From a bacterium (GTDB lineage: Bacteria > Patescibacteriota > Minisyncoccia > Phycocordibacterales > UBA2100), in contig RFQR01000002.1 in NCBI GenBank assembly GCA_009924895.1, positions 1,368 through 65,367 on the forward strand: a DNA stretch of 64,000 nt. The letters are read 5' to 3'. The translations under genes and the position numbers were made by a program. Below are positions 9,700 through 19,027 of this stretch, piece after piece. Every line of letters begins with the position of its first letter. Positions within the stretch are counted from its first letter, which is position 1. A model generated the notes under the pieces. It was not told the DNA's origin, searched no databases, and was given only the letters and a program-made list of their open reading frames with translations.

Positions 9700-10344
9700 C
9701 TAGTGGTTCGTTTTTTCCGGCCTATATTTCTTCGCCACAGGGGCGTTGTCGGCAGCACGCCAGAGGTACCAGCTCGCAGCGCTTGCGTATTCTCGCCACG
9801 GTTTTGCGAAGCGTTCTATGGCTTTCGGTGATGGAAGAGTCTTTATGCCGTATACAATCTGAAATCCTTTGCGAATACCTAAATCGCCTGTGGGGAGTAC
9901 GTCAGGCCTGCCAAGAGTGAAGATAAGGAGCATGTGCACGGTCCAGACACCCACACCTTTTACTTGGGCAAGGTATTCCACCAATTCATCGCTACTCATT
10001 TTTGTAATTTTCTTCACATCAATGGTGCCGTCAGAAAACTTCTGTGCAAGGTCAGTAATGTAGGTTGCCTTCTGTCCCGAGAGCCCAGCAGAGCGCAGTA
10101 CTTCAAATGGTGTGTCGAGTACGTCCTGCGGTTCGGGAAATTTTTTGTCAGGAAAGAGCGCCGTAAATTTTGCAAAAATTGATACCGCCGCCTTTCCTGA
10201 AACTTGCTGAGAAATGATAGAGCGGCAGAGCGCCTGGAAGATGTTTTTACCACGACGCAGCTGTGGGGGACCATGCTTTTTTATCAGGGGCGCAAATTCT
10301 TTATGTTTAGCGAGCGGGTGGATCATCGCCACACTATGCCTCAT
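9700..10344 (-). CDS. HhH-GPD family DNA glycosylase (AlkA / 3-methyladenine DNA glycosylase II-like)
   Basis: ISQQVSGKAAVSIFAKF and the helix-hairpin-helix GPD region (VKGVGVWTVHMLLIF...D). Start is uncertain: 10380, 10344 or 10326. It overlaps the stop of the upstream permease gene. Confidence 0.7.
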   Translation of the reverse strand: MRHSVAMIHPLAKHKEFAPLIKKHGPPQLRRGKNIFQALCRSIISQQVSGKAAVSIFAKFTALFPDKKFPEPQDVLDTPFEVLRSAGLSGQKATYITDLAQKFSDGTIDVKKITKMSSDELVEYLAQVKGVGVWTVHMLLIFTLGRPDVLPTGDLGIRKGFQIVYGIKTLPSPKAIERFAKPWREYASAASWYLWRAADNAPVAKKYRPEKTNH

Positions 10345-11119
10345 TTCGTGCAAATTGTCCCGAATCGCGCGAAGCATCATACATACTTACGAAGAGTTTT
10401 GACGCAATAACACAGTAGACACAATTTTGAACAAATGCGATTCCGAAGAGTGTCCAGTCTACATTTCCGGTCGTGAGCGCAGTGCGGACGGCTTCAAATA
10501 CAAATGTGGGGGAGAACAAAATTGAAACCCACTGAACGTAGACCGGTAGTACTGAGAGTGGATAGAACGCCGCGACAAGTGGCTGAATGAGGCCAACTAA
10601 ACTCCATGAGACCGCCTGGATACGAGTACCATATTTCCAAATGAGGCCAAGAAGCGTAATACCAAGTGCATAGGCAAACAGTACAAAATTCGCGAACGCA
10701 AGAACAAGAGGAAGTATTCCCACGCTGAGCAGGTTGAAATGGAATACATACACACACAGTACTGCGTTGATTGTCAGCACTAACAGTGACTTCACTATTC
10801 CTGAAATAGTGTGCGCAAGAATGTATTCATTGAGTTGAAGCGGGGCAATAAAAAGGTTTGCCAAATTGCGTGACCAGATGTTCCACAATGACCCGAGTGT
10901 GACTGAATACTGCACAATCCAAATGATTCCCCACAGGAGCATGCCAGTGATAACGAATTGTGCAGCGGCGGGGTTTTCTTTACTGAGATACACTGAAATA
11001 AAACCAAACACGAGAATGTTGGTAAATGGAAAGACGATGATGTCGGCGATAACCTCGTATGAACGGCGAAGGACAAAGAGCTCTTGCCAAAGAATTGCAC
11101 GGACGCGACGGAAGTTCAT
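10334..11119 (-). CDS. ABC-2 type transporter permease
   Basis: Six-TM ABC-2 topology. Translationally coupled to the upstream ATPase, with an overlapping stop/start. Confidence 0.7.
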   Translation of the reverse strand: MNFRRVRAILWQELFVLRRSYEVIADIIVFPFTNILVFGFISVYLSKENPAAAQFVITGMLLWGIIWIVQYSVTLGSLWNIWSRNLANLFIAPLQLNEYILAHTISGIVKSLLVLTINAVLCVYVFHFNLLSVGILPLVLAFANFVLFAYALGITLLGLIWKYGTRIQAVSWSLVGLIQPLVAAFYPLSVLPVYVQWVSILFSPTFVFEAVRTALTTGNVDWTLFGIAFVQNCVYCVIASKLFVSMYDASRDSGQFARNEA

Positions 11120-12054
11120 ATGGTTGACGCTTTAGGTGCTCCTTTATCTGGGCGAGCTATCTGTAAAAAGACGTCTTCAAGCGTTGGCTTCTTTATTTCA
11201 ATGTCAGTAATCCAAATGCCAGTCTTACTTAAATCAAACAAAAGCCCAGGGATGTCATGATCGGTTGATTCGACTGCGATAGAAAGAGGTGCTGGAAACG
11301 AGTGATTAAGTTTACGCTCTGTCAGATAAGTGCGAAGTCCAGGTATTTCTTCGCGGAAGGTCACTTGCAGCGTGGCAGCTGAAATACTCTTGGTCAGATT
11401 TTCCGGGGTATCCTGTGCAACAATTTTTCCTCGATCAAGAAAGATTACTTCATCACAAATGCGAGTGATTTCGTTCATGTTGTGACTCGTATAAAGAATT
11501 GAAATGTTCCGCTCTTTTCTGAGTGTTTCGATGGTGCTTAGTGTTTTGTCAGCGATGTCAGGATCGAGTGATGCGGTGGGCTCGTCCATGAGGAGTATCT
11601 CGGGGTCGTTCAAGAGCGCCTTGGCAAGATTCACTCGTGTACGCTGTCCAGCGGAGAGGTCTTTATACAAAATATGCGCGTGTGAACTTATTTCAAATTG
11701 TTCGAGAAGATCCGCAATTTTTTTACGGGAGTGTGGTACCTGATAGAGTTCCGCAAAGGTAAACATGTTCTCCCAGACGGTGATACGACCCATGAGGGTA
11801 TTAAAAGCAGAGGTAGTGTTAATGCGCTGAAGACACTCAATCGGATTTTTCTGGAAATCAATTCCAAAATAGGAAATAGTCCCGCCGTTTTGTTTCGTAA
11901 TTCCTGAGAGCACCTGGATGGTGGTTGTCTTGCCTGCACCGTTGGGTCCAAGAAAGCCAACAATCTTGCCTCGAGGAACGCTAAAAGAAATGCCGTCAAC
12001 GGCGCGAAAATCACCATACGTTTTGACCAGATTTTTCACCTCAAGTACAGGCAT
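11116..12054 (-). CDS. ABC transporter ATP-binding protein (partner of the ABC-2 permease)
   Basis: Walker A GPNGAGKTTT, signature LSAGQRTRVNLAKA, Walker B LLMDEPTASLD. Likely start is MPVLEVKN at 12054. Confidence 0.85.
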   Translation of the reverse strand: MPVLEVKNLVKTYGDFRAVDGISFSVPRGKIVGFLGPNGAGKTTTIQVLSGITKQNGGTISYFGIDFQKNPIECLQRINTTSAFNTLMGRITVWENMFTFAELYQVPHSRKKIADLLEQFEISSHAHILYKDLSAGQRTRVNLAKALLNDPEILLMDEPTASLDPDIADKTLSTIETLRKERNISILYTSHNMNEITRICDEVIFLDRGKIVAQDTPENLTKSISAATLQVTFREEIPGLRTYLTERKLNHSFPAPLSIAVESTDHDIPGLLFDLSKTGIWITDIEIKKPTLEDVFLQIARPDKGAPKASTI

Positions 12055-12077
12055 GCCGTGTATGGTAGCATGAAGAC

Positions 12078-12383
12078 ATGTACGAAAAACAAATTGACGC
12101 AGCACAAGGAACGCCATTTCAGAAAAAGGTGTGGCACGAACTATGCCGTATCAAAAAAGGTGAGGTGATGACCTACACCGAACTTGCGCGGCGCATCGGC
12201 AAGCCGCGAGCGATAAGGGCAGCTGCTAATGCAGTAGGGGTAAACCCGTTTGCGCCGCAGGTACCGTGTCACCGTGTTGTACGAAGTGACGGTAAGCTTG
12301 GTGGGTATTCTGCAAAAGGAGGTATTGCTACAAAACTGAAACTTTTGAAACAGGAAAAGGTGGATGTGACAAAATTTCGCTAA
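12078..12383 (+). CDS. ogt: methylated-DNA--protein-cysteine methyltransferase, C-terminal DNA-binding/acceptor domain only (Ogt/MGMT-like, 101 aa)
   Basis: Active-site PCHRVV motif and winged-helix domain (VMTYTELARRIGKPRAIRAAANAVGVNP). No N-terminal domain. Confidence 0.8.
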   Translation: MYEKQIDAAQGTPFQKKVWHELCRIKKGEVMTYTELARRIGKPRAIRAAANAVGVNPFAPQVPCHRVVRSDGKLGGYSAKGGIATKLKLLKQEKVDVTKFR

Positions 12384-12385
12384 CT

Positions 12386-12751
12386 ATGGAGGCTGAAAAA
12401 GTGTCAGTGTACTACGATACAAAATGCTCGATGTGCACTGTTTTTGTGAGCGCGGTAGAGCGATCGTCAGTTGGCCACAAGTGCGACATGAAAGATATGT
12501 GGACTCAGTTGCCAGAGACTCTCAGTCAAGAGGCGGTTGATCGGGAGATTCATGCGATCGACTCACAGGGAAACGTGTATAAAAATATTGATGCAATACT
12601 TCATGTCATCTCTCTGAACCCGCGATGGCGTTTTCTCGCTAATATCGGTGCGTTACCAGGCATTCATTTTGTCTTAACGCACATATACTTGTTTGTTGCA
12701 AAACACAGACATCTCTTTTCACGCTTCTTCGTACTTCCGAAAGTACACTAA
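12386..12751 (+). CDS. DCC1-like thiol-disulfide oxidoreductase family protein (DUF393)
   Basis: N-terminal VYYDTKCSMCTV, a CxxC motif in the DUF393-like position. Confidence 0.45.
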   Translation: MEAEKVSVYYDTKCSMCTVFVSAVERSSVGHKCDMKDMWTQLPETLSQEAVDREIHAIDSQGNVYKNIDAILHVISLNPRWRFLANIGALPGIHFVLTHIYLFVAKHRHLFSRFFVLPKVH

Positions 12752-12757
12752 AATAGT

Positions 12758-13198
12758 ATGCACTATCTCCACACCATGGTTCGTGTCACAGACTTGGAAA
12801 AGGCACTCAGTTTCTATGGCGAGATTCTAGGACTTGTTGAGGTGGCGCGTCGAGACGACGAAAAGGGTAGATACACCAACGTCTTTTTGAGGGCGCCGGG
12901 AGATGAGGTAGATATGAACGGAAAGCGCGCTCCGCTTCTTGAACTTACCTATAATTGGGATACAGAAGAGTATGGTGGAGGGCGCAATTTTGGACACCTC
13001 GCCTATGCGGTCGAGAATATTTATGAGTACTGCGAGCGGCTGCAGAAAGCGGGAATTATGATTAATCGTCCGCCGCGCGATGGCAGGATGGCGTTCATCC
13101 GCTCACCTGAGGGCATTTCAATTGAATTGTTACAAATTGGTTCTCCTCTCCCGATACAAGAGCCATGGGTTTCAATGGGGAATACAGGTACGTGGTGA
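12758..13198 (+). CDS. glyoxalase I / VOC-family lactoylglutathione lyase
   Basis: [26 protein letters not shown] and [10 protein letters not shown] are typical of GloA. Confidence 0.75.
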   Translation: MHYLHTMVRVTDLEKALSFYGEILGLVEVARRDDEKGRYTNVFLRAPGDEVDMNGKRAPLLELTYNWDTEEYGGGRNFGHLAYAVENIYEYCERLQKAGIMINRPPRDGRMAFIRSPEGISIELLQIGSPLPIQEPWVSMGNTGTW

Positions 13199-13265
13199 CC
13201 CTTGTAAAATAACATAAAATGTTGTATAAAATATACAGAATCTGACGTAAACAAGGAGCATCACA

Positions 13266-14039
13266 ATGCAGATGCAAGAAGAAAGTCCTGAGGCAGTTAC
13301 GCTCTCGCGGCCAACAAAGCTGCGCCGCGCATTTACCGCCCTGGGAGAAGAGCGATTTCTTGCAGAGCTCATTCCTCTCAAAGATCGTGCGGCATACCAT
13401 CATGCGCTCACGATTGACGGGGTGAGCTCCAATGGACGAGCAAAAATCATAACCGCGCTCAAAGAGCGGCAGTATGAGGGCCCAATCAGGTTTCTCATGG
13501 TACTCCTCGTATTTGCGAGCACGGGGCTCTTCGCGATTGCGCTCAATCTACCGTTTTTCCAGGTTGAGAAGTTCTGGCTGTTCAAAAACAACGTCTCGGT
13601 GATCGACGGTCTCGGTGAGCTCTGGAGTGGAGGCGAGTACTTCTTGTTCTTCGCGATTCTCATCTTTACGATCGTTTTTCCGATTGCAAAGCTGGTCGTA
13701 CTCCTGTATGCGGCGACTATGTACGAGTACATCGGAAAGAAAGGGAAAAGTATGGTATGGGCGGTGGGAGAGCTCGGAAGGTTTTCGATGCTCGATGTAT
13801 TCATCGTCACCATTCTTGTGGTCTTGGTGAAAGCGAGCGCAATCGTGACTATCCATATTGGCGTCGGTATCTACGTCTTTACGGGCGCCGTAGTCTGCAT
13901 GCAGCTTATGTCGCTGTACTTGCAACATGTGCTCGACAAGTGCACTGAAGACATACACAAGCGCAGCAAAGAGATTGACCGCGTGTTGGAAGATGTGGAG
14001 CTTGAGCCCCACGAAAGGGCACTGCTTCTTGCAGCATGA
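13266..14039 (+). CDS. PqiA-like (paraquat-inducible protein A family) integral membrane protein
   Basis: Cytoplasmic N-terminus followed by TM segments and a GRFSMLDVF-type motif reminiscent of PqiA domains. Confidence 0.4.
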   Translation: MQMQEESPEAVTLSRPTKLRRAFTALGEERFLAELIPLKDRAAYHHALTIDGVSSNGRAKIITALKERQYEGPIRFLMVLLVFASTGLFAIALNLPFFQVEKFWLFKNNVSVIDGLGELWSGGEYFLFFAILIFTIVFPIAKLVVLLYAATMYEYIGKKGKSMVWAVGELGRFSMLDVFIVTILVVLVKASAIVTIHIGVGIYVFTGAVVCMQLMSLYLQHVLDKCTEDIHKRSKEIDRVLEDVELEPHERALLLAA

Positions 14040-14132
14040 GAACGTGAGCCGCCGAAACCCACGGGTTTCGGCGGCTTTGTATTTCGCTGAGTGTTTGGTA
14101 GGGTGAGGTGAGAAGCAAGCAAGAGGTGTGCT

Positions 14133-14465
14133 ATGAAAGAAAAACAAATCGAGTGGTTTGTCGAAGCGCTTTCGCCAGAAGCAAATGAGATGATTGCGAT
14201 GTTTTTGGCGACACAGTCATTGTGCAGTGAAGCATCTATCTCACAGATACTGTGTGTAGATGGTATATCGCGCAATTTGTGGCGGATTGACTCGTACCAT
14301 ATCAATCAGTTTCGCAGAGCACGTCGCAGCTTTAAGAAGGCAGATCTGCGCTTTTTTAAGCGTGAAAGGAGTTTCGGGCCGGTGCGTGAAGCGTCGTTCT
14401 TTACCCGCACACGTGCGTCAAAAAAGCGCAATGAGGCAGACGAATTTGTGCGCTCTCATGAGTAA
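14133..14465 (+). CDS. hypothetical protein (110 aa, basic C-terminus)
   Basis: ORF track only. Confidence 0.3.
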   Translation: MKEKQIEWFVEALSPEANEMIAMFLATQSLCSEASISQILCVDGISRNLWRIDSYHINQFRRARRSFKKADLRFFKRERSFGPVREASFFTRTRASKKRNEADEFVRSHE

Positions 14466-14469
14466 CTAT

Positions 14470-14493
14470 GCGGGCGGCCTTATGGCCGCCCGC
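14470..14493. terminator. bidirectional terminator hairpin gcgggcggcc-ttat-ggccgcccgc between convergent genes
   Basis: Perfect 10-bp GC stem between the stop codons of 14133..14465 (+) and 14493..15221 (-). Confidence 0.6.
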
Positions 14494-15221
14494 TACGCTT
14501 TACTCTCGGAGTCAGAATAGCTAAAATGATATTCAACAATTGGTTTTGTAATCGGTCCAACAAAAGTTCTATAGGCGGTCACTTTTGCATACTTGTAGGC
14601 GAGGCCCCATCGACCCTCTTTTTCCAATCTTCGTACTGAAAAATCGACATGATGAGGTAGTACATCATACGAACCGTGCTGGGCACACGAGCGAACAAAA
14701 TCATGATCTTCGCTCATGTGTACCTGTTCAGGGTAGCCACCAGATTTCTCAAATACGGTACGGGTAACCACGATACACATAGAACCACTTGGATTAAAGC
14801 GCTTGGTCGCCTTCATAATCATGTTGCTTGTTGCGACAAACGCCCTGTCGATTAACCGCGTGCTTCGCGGGCGCAGGGTTGCTGCCGCGACATCAATGCG
14901 GCGCTTGCGCATGTAGGCTGAGACGTCGCGCAAAAATGTTTTAGAAGGAAACGTAACATCCGCGTCAACAAAAAATATGAGGTCACCACGCGAATTCTTT
15001 GCTGCGTTATTTCTCCCTACCGCTGGCAGTCCACCCGGGACAATAAGGACCCGATGGAAGTGTTTTTCGTACGAACGTACGACCTCACGAGTTTTATCAC
15101 TTGAGTTTGCATCGGCAACAACAACTTCAATAGGCTCATCCACTGTTTGCAGAAGGAGTGACTTCAGCATGTTTTCGATATGAAACTCCTCGTTCAGAGT
15201 TGGAATTGCAATCGAAAGCAT
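14493..15221 (-). CDS. family 2 glycosyltransferase
   Basis: N-terminal SIAIPTLNEE, DxD-containing GT-A fold (VVADANSSDKT, FFVDADV). Confidence 0.8.
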   Translation of the reverse strand: MLSIAIPTLNEEFHIENMLKSLLLQTVDEPIEVVVADANSSDKTREVVRSYEKHFHRVLIVPGGLPAVGRNNAAKNSRGDLIFFVDADVTFPSKTFLRDVSAYMRKRRIDVAAATLRPRSTRLIDRAFVATSNMIMKATKRFNPSGSMCIVVTRTVFEKSGGYPEQVHMSEDHDFVRSCAQHGSYDVLPHHVDFSVRRLEKEGRWGLAYKYAKVTAYRTFVGPITKPIVEYHFSYSDSESKA

Positions 15222-15424
15222 AACGTCTCTTGATTATATCACTTGAGCAATACCGATAAAACGTTGTGTGGAGAGGGGAGATTGCCCAAGAACATTTTTA
15301 CATGTCGCTGAAAGTCAAAAATTTCCCGGGTTCTGCATAAGTGTACCCTTACCCGCCTCAGCGCCGCCGCGCTTGCGGCTTTCGAATCCCCCCGTTTTGC
15401 AAAAGCAAAAATCACCGCTTAGAA

Positions 15425-16040
15425 AACACGTTCTATTACGGGTCATTTGAATACCCGAGAGAAAGCGGTATCTGGTATAAGGGCAAACATAAGCCGATCA
15501 TCACCAAAGAGCTGTTTGATTTAGTCCAAGAGCAGGTAAAGAACTCACAACTGGTCCGCAAGGAGAATATCGAATTTGCCTTTACTAAAATCATGAAATG
15601 CGGTCTATGTGGCTCCGGTGTATCGGCAACCGAAAAGTTTAAAAAGCAGAAGAATGGACCTCCAAAGCGGCATGTCTACTATGGCTGTACCAAAGCAAGA
15701 GACAAGAACTGTAAGTGCGGCTACATCAGCGAAACTGAGCTAATAGACCAGTTGCAAAATCTGGCCGACAAGCTTGATCTCAAAAAGACGCCTATGCAAA
15801 ACAAAATTAAGGCCGAGATAAGAAGGTTTAAGAAGTTTCAGGGAATGGTTACAGGCAAATCCGACAGTATCGAGGTCAGTGACGTAGATGTTCAGAACTA
15901 TGCAAAGTTTTTACTCAAAGAGGGTGATGATCGTGAGAAACGAGACCTGCTTAGTTGTCTGAATGGGGAGCTTTTCCTAAGTGGTAAGACCATTGCTTTA
16001 CACAGTAAATCGACTATTTATCCAAGAAAACTTCCTGAAC
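15425..16040 (+). pseudogene. large serine recombinase, C-terminal fragment (recombinase/zinc-ribbon/coiled-coil region; catalytic N-terminal half missing)
   Basis: Translation (NTFYYGSFEYP...YYGCTKARDKNCKCGYISETELIDQL...LNGELFLSGKTIALHSKST) aligns with residues ~215-490 of the intact recombinase at 22863..24386 (NHFYYGIFKFK...YYRCTKKKTVCSQKYVREEALTEQV...SNHILFDKCISFSAKK). No resolvase domain upstream. Confidence 0.7.
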
Positions 16041-16822
16041 GAGAAAATTATCGCAAAGAGAGCAAGCATGATGAGAACGATTGTTCCGCCGGTCGAGAGA
16101 TTAAGATAAAACGAGACAAAGATTCCTGAGATAACCGAAAATAGAGATATTACCTCCGCGAAGAGAATGGTGCGAGAGAAGCTCGTTCGAAGCTGAAGAG
16201 CTGCCACGACTGGTATAACAATAAGAGCAGCAATGAGTAGTACCCCCACAACAGGAATAGAAAGTGCGATGGTAAGCGCTGATAATACAATGAGTATTTT
16301 GTTTATGCGGTCAACGGGAATTCCTGATACACGCGCCGATTCTTCATCAAAACTGATATAGATCAGTTCCTTATAGAGAGCAAAAATGGACACTACAACC
16401 ATAAGTGCAAGTCCTGCAATTACATACACGTCTCCCTGTGTTACCGTGACGATACTACCGAAAAGATAATTGAACAGATTACTATTAAAACCCTTCCCGA
16501 GACTGAGCAGTATGGTGGCAAGCGCGAGGGCGCCAGAAAGAAAAAGTGCGAGTGCCGATTCACCATATATGCGATTTGAAGTTCTGAGCCTCTCAATACC
16601 CAATGAGGAGGCGACCGACACACCTACAGCGGTCCACATCGGATTAATACCAAGTAGAAATCCGAGCGCTACACCGGCAAGCGAAATATGCGAGAGCGTG
16701 TCGGCTATCAACGAGTAGCGCCGCAGCACGAGAAATATGCCGATGAGCGGCGCAACGAAACCGACAATGAGTCCCGCCTCAATGCCTCGAACAACAAAGC
16801 CGTACTGGAAAATCTCTAGCAT
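15998..16822 (-). CDS. znuB: metal (Zn/Mn) ABC transporter permease
   Basis: ZnuB/MntB-type eight-TM permease. Operon context with the ATPase, SBP and zur. Confidence 0.8.
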   Translation of the reverse strand: MLEIFQYGFVVRGIEAGLIVGFVAPLIGIFLVLRRYSLIADTLSHISLAGVALGFLLGINPMWTAVGVSVASSLGIERLRTSNRIYGESALALFLSGALALATILLSLGKGFNSNLFNYLFGSIVTVTQGDVYVIAGLALMVVVSIFALYKELIYISFDEESARVSGIPVDRINKILIVLSALTIALSIPVVGVLLIAALIVIPVVAALQLRTSFSRTILFAEVISLFSVISGIFVSFYLNLSTGGTIVLIMLALFAIIFSFRKFSWINSRFTV

Positions 16823-16825
16823 AGA

Positions 16826-17572
16826 TTATGTATGTGGATGAGGAATGATATGTGTGTGTTTGAAATAGTCGTCAACCGAAGCATGATAAAAGAGGGTGCG
16901 ATCAATACACGCAACATGCATGGCTTCGTGTCCCACTTTCTCTATATCATGCGTAATAAGTACAACCGTAAGCCCCATTCTCTCGTTCATCTTTCTGAGA
17001 AGCGCATAGAATTCATCCCGAACATGCGTCTCAACACCAACAGTGGGCTCATCAAGGAATACGATCTCGGGCTTACCTGCGAGTGCGCGCGCAATGAATA
17101 TGCGCTGTTGTTGCCCACCCGACAAGTCACCAATCTGTCTGTCCCGATATTCCCACATGCCGACCTGTTCCAGTGACTCCTGAACAGCATCATGATCTTC
17201 CTGTATAACGCGCCGCAAAATACCACGACGACCGAAACGACCCATGAGGACTACTTCGCGCACCGTAGCCGGGAAGTTTGTATCAAAGTTCGTGGCTTTC
17301 TGCGGCACGTAGGCAATCTTCGGCCAATCCCTGAATGAGCGGATGTCTTGACCGAAGAGGCGGACTGAGCCGTCTTGAATCGGCAACAAGCCGAGGATGA
17401 TCTTAAGGAGTGTCGATTTACCTGCACCATTACCGCCCACGATCGCAAGATAATCGCCTCGATGAATCGACAATTGTATGTCGCGCAGGACCCTAGTCTC
17501 TCCATACGAATAAGAAAGGTCGCGTATCTCAATAATATTCTCACTATGGTCAGGATTGGTCATCATTTGCAT
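16826..17572 (-). CDS. znuC: metal ABC transporter ATP-binding protein
   Basis: Walker A GGNGAGKST, LSGGQQQRIFIARA, VFLDEPT. Confidence 0.85.
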   Translation of the reverse strand: MQMMTNPDHSENIIEIRDLSYSYGETRVLRDIQLSIHRGDYLAIVGGNGAGKSTLLKIILGLLPIQDGSVRLFGQDIRSFRDWPKIAYVPQKATNFDTNFPATVREVVLMGRFGRRGILRRVIQEDHDAVQESLEQVGMWEYRDRQIGDLSGGQQQRIFIARALAGKPEIVFLDEPTVGVETHVRDEFYALLRKMNERMGLTVVLITHDIEKVGHEAMHVACIDRTLFYHASVDDYFKHTHIIPHPHT

Positions 17573-18477
17573 TCAAGCGTAACACGGAGGTGTGCGAGAT
17601 TATCACGCATGACAGTCAGGTAATTTTTCCCTGCGGCAAGGTCATCCTCGGTCAGACCTTCGATCGGATCGAGTACCATGGTTTGAGCGCCTACTTCCGA
17701 TGCAATAGTCTGCGAGAGCTTCGGCGATACGAGACTCTCGAAGAAAATATATTTCACGTCGTTCTTTTTGGCGAACGTTGCGATATCAGCGAGCTGCTTC
17801 GGAGAAGGCTCTGCGTCTGGCGAAAGTCCTGCGATGGAAACCTGATTCAGATGATACGTGGTCGCCAGATATCCGAACGCCGCATGTGAAGTAATAATGA
17901 CCTTCTTGGCACAACTCGCAAGACCAGATCTGTACTCACTATCAAGTTGGTCAAGTTGGGTATTGAGAGCGTTAGCGTTACTCCTGTAGTAGGCCGCGTT
18001 GTCCGGATCAACTTGTTCAAATCCTTTCTCAATCCTCTCAACCATCTGCTTCATCAAAAGCGGTGATTGCCAAACGTGCGGATCAGTCACGGATTTTCCA
18101 TCTTCCACGACTGACTGCGTTTCTAAACCTTGTCCAGCAACAACCACGAGCGTCTTGGATGGATTTAGATTCTTCTGTAAGTCATTTGCCCACGCTTCGA
18201 CACCGCCGTTAACTACGAGCATCTCGCTATTTTCTATAGTCGCCATATCTTGCGCTGTCGGCTCATAGTCATGCGGCTCCGCGTCGGCGGGCGTAATATT
18301 GGTCACCTGAGCTTTATCGCCGCCAATCTGACTAGCAAGAAAATATTCAGGATAGAAACCTGCAGCGACTTTGGTTTTATGCGTCTGAGCCACTGGCGCT
18401 TTGGAGTGGAAAATTGCAAAGGAGATAACTCCGACGACGAGAACTGCTACGACTGCTGCGAACAATTTATTATTCAT
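17563..18477 (-). CDS. znuA: metal ABC transporter substrate-binding protein (ZnuA/TroA cluster-9 family)
   Basis: Signal/TM anchor. TroA-like fold with conserved His/Asp (PHDYEP, DPHVW). Confidence 0.8.
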   Translation of the reverse strand: MNNKLFAAVVAVLVVGVISFAIFHSKAPVAQTHKTKVAAGFYPEYFLASQIGGDKAQVTNITPADAEPHDYEPTAQDMATIENSEMLVVNGGVEAWANDLQKNLNPSKTLVVVAGQGLETQSVVEDGKSVTDPHVWQSPLLMKQMVERIEKGFEQVDPDNAAYYRSNANALNTQLDQLDSEYRSGLASCAKKVIITSHAAFGYLATTYHLNQVSIAGLSPDAEPSPKQLADIATFAKKNDVKYIFFESLVSPKLSQTIASEVGAQTMVLDPIEGLTEDDLAAGKNYLTVMRDNLAHLRVTLECK

Positions 18478-18501
18478 ATGATTAATTTTTTAATTATCTT
18501 A

Positions 18502-18921
18502 TTAAGCGGTTTTTATGCACGAATTACAGAGGCCGAAGAATTCTGCTGTGTGATCAGTAATTATCCTGAACGCAGATGCTTTTGTAAGCTTCGCTTCCTG
18601 AACACGACACTCGGTGTCCTCCACTCTTCCGCAACTAGTGCAGATGATGTGGTGGTGATGTTCCCGCAAAGCGTTCATCTCGTAGTGGGCATGACCATGT
18701 CGAAAATCAACTTCGCGAATGAGCCCAGAAGCCGTGAGTGACTCAAGTGCGCGGTAAAGTGTGACCTCGTCGAATGAAGGATCGAGCTTCTTCTTTAATC
18801 CTGCAACAGAAATAGGTTTATCTTCCTGCCAAAGCACCTTTAATAGGGTGACGCGTCCAGGGGTGGCCTTGCTGCCATATTCACGCAACAGTTCGGCAAA
18901 ATCAGGATTATTGCTTTTCAT
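18502..18921 (-). CDS. zur: Fur-family transcriptional regulator, probably Zur
   Basis: Winged-helix N-terminus, HHHHIICTSCGRVEDTEC metal sites. First gene of the znu operon. Confidence 0.8.
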   Translation of the reverse strand: MKSNNPDFAELLREYGSKATPGRVTLLKVLWQEDKPISVAGLKKKLDPSFDEVTLYRALESLTASGLIREVDFRHGHAHYEMNALREHHHHIICTSCGRVEDTECRVQEAKLTKASAFRIITDHTAEFFGLCNSCIKTA

Positions 18922-18977
18922 GATGTAACCCTATCACAAACGCAATATACTTGCAATTGAACACAATCGCTGGTAGT

Positions 18978-18992
18978 ATTGATAAATGCAAA
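18978..18992. promoter_or_regulatory. candidate Fur/Zur-box-like palindrome tgcaa-aatta-ttgca in the zur / secreted-protein intergenic region
   Basis: 5-bp inverted half-sites about 40 nt upstream of the likely start (19028) of the divergent secreted protein and 57 nt from the zur start. Confidence 0.35.
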
Positions 18993-19027
18993 ATTATTGC
19001 ACTTATAAAATATTCAACAAATTTGAA

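Noticed and set aside
14977-15450. Short ORFs 14977..15183 and 15268..15450 near the GT2 gene and upstream of the recombinase fragment
   Set aside because: They sit inside, or antisense to, a confident GT2 gene or in the decayed mobile-element junction. No coding signal beyond an open frame.
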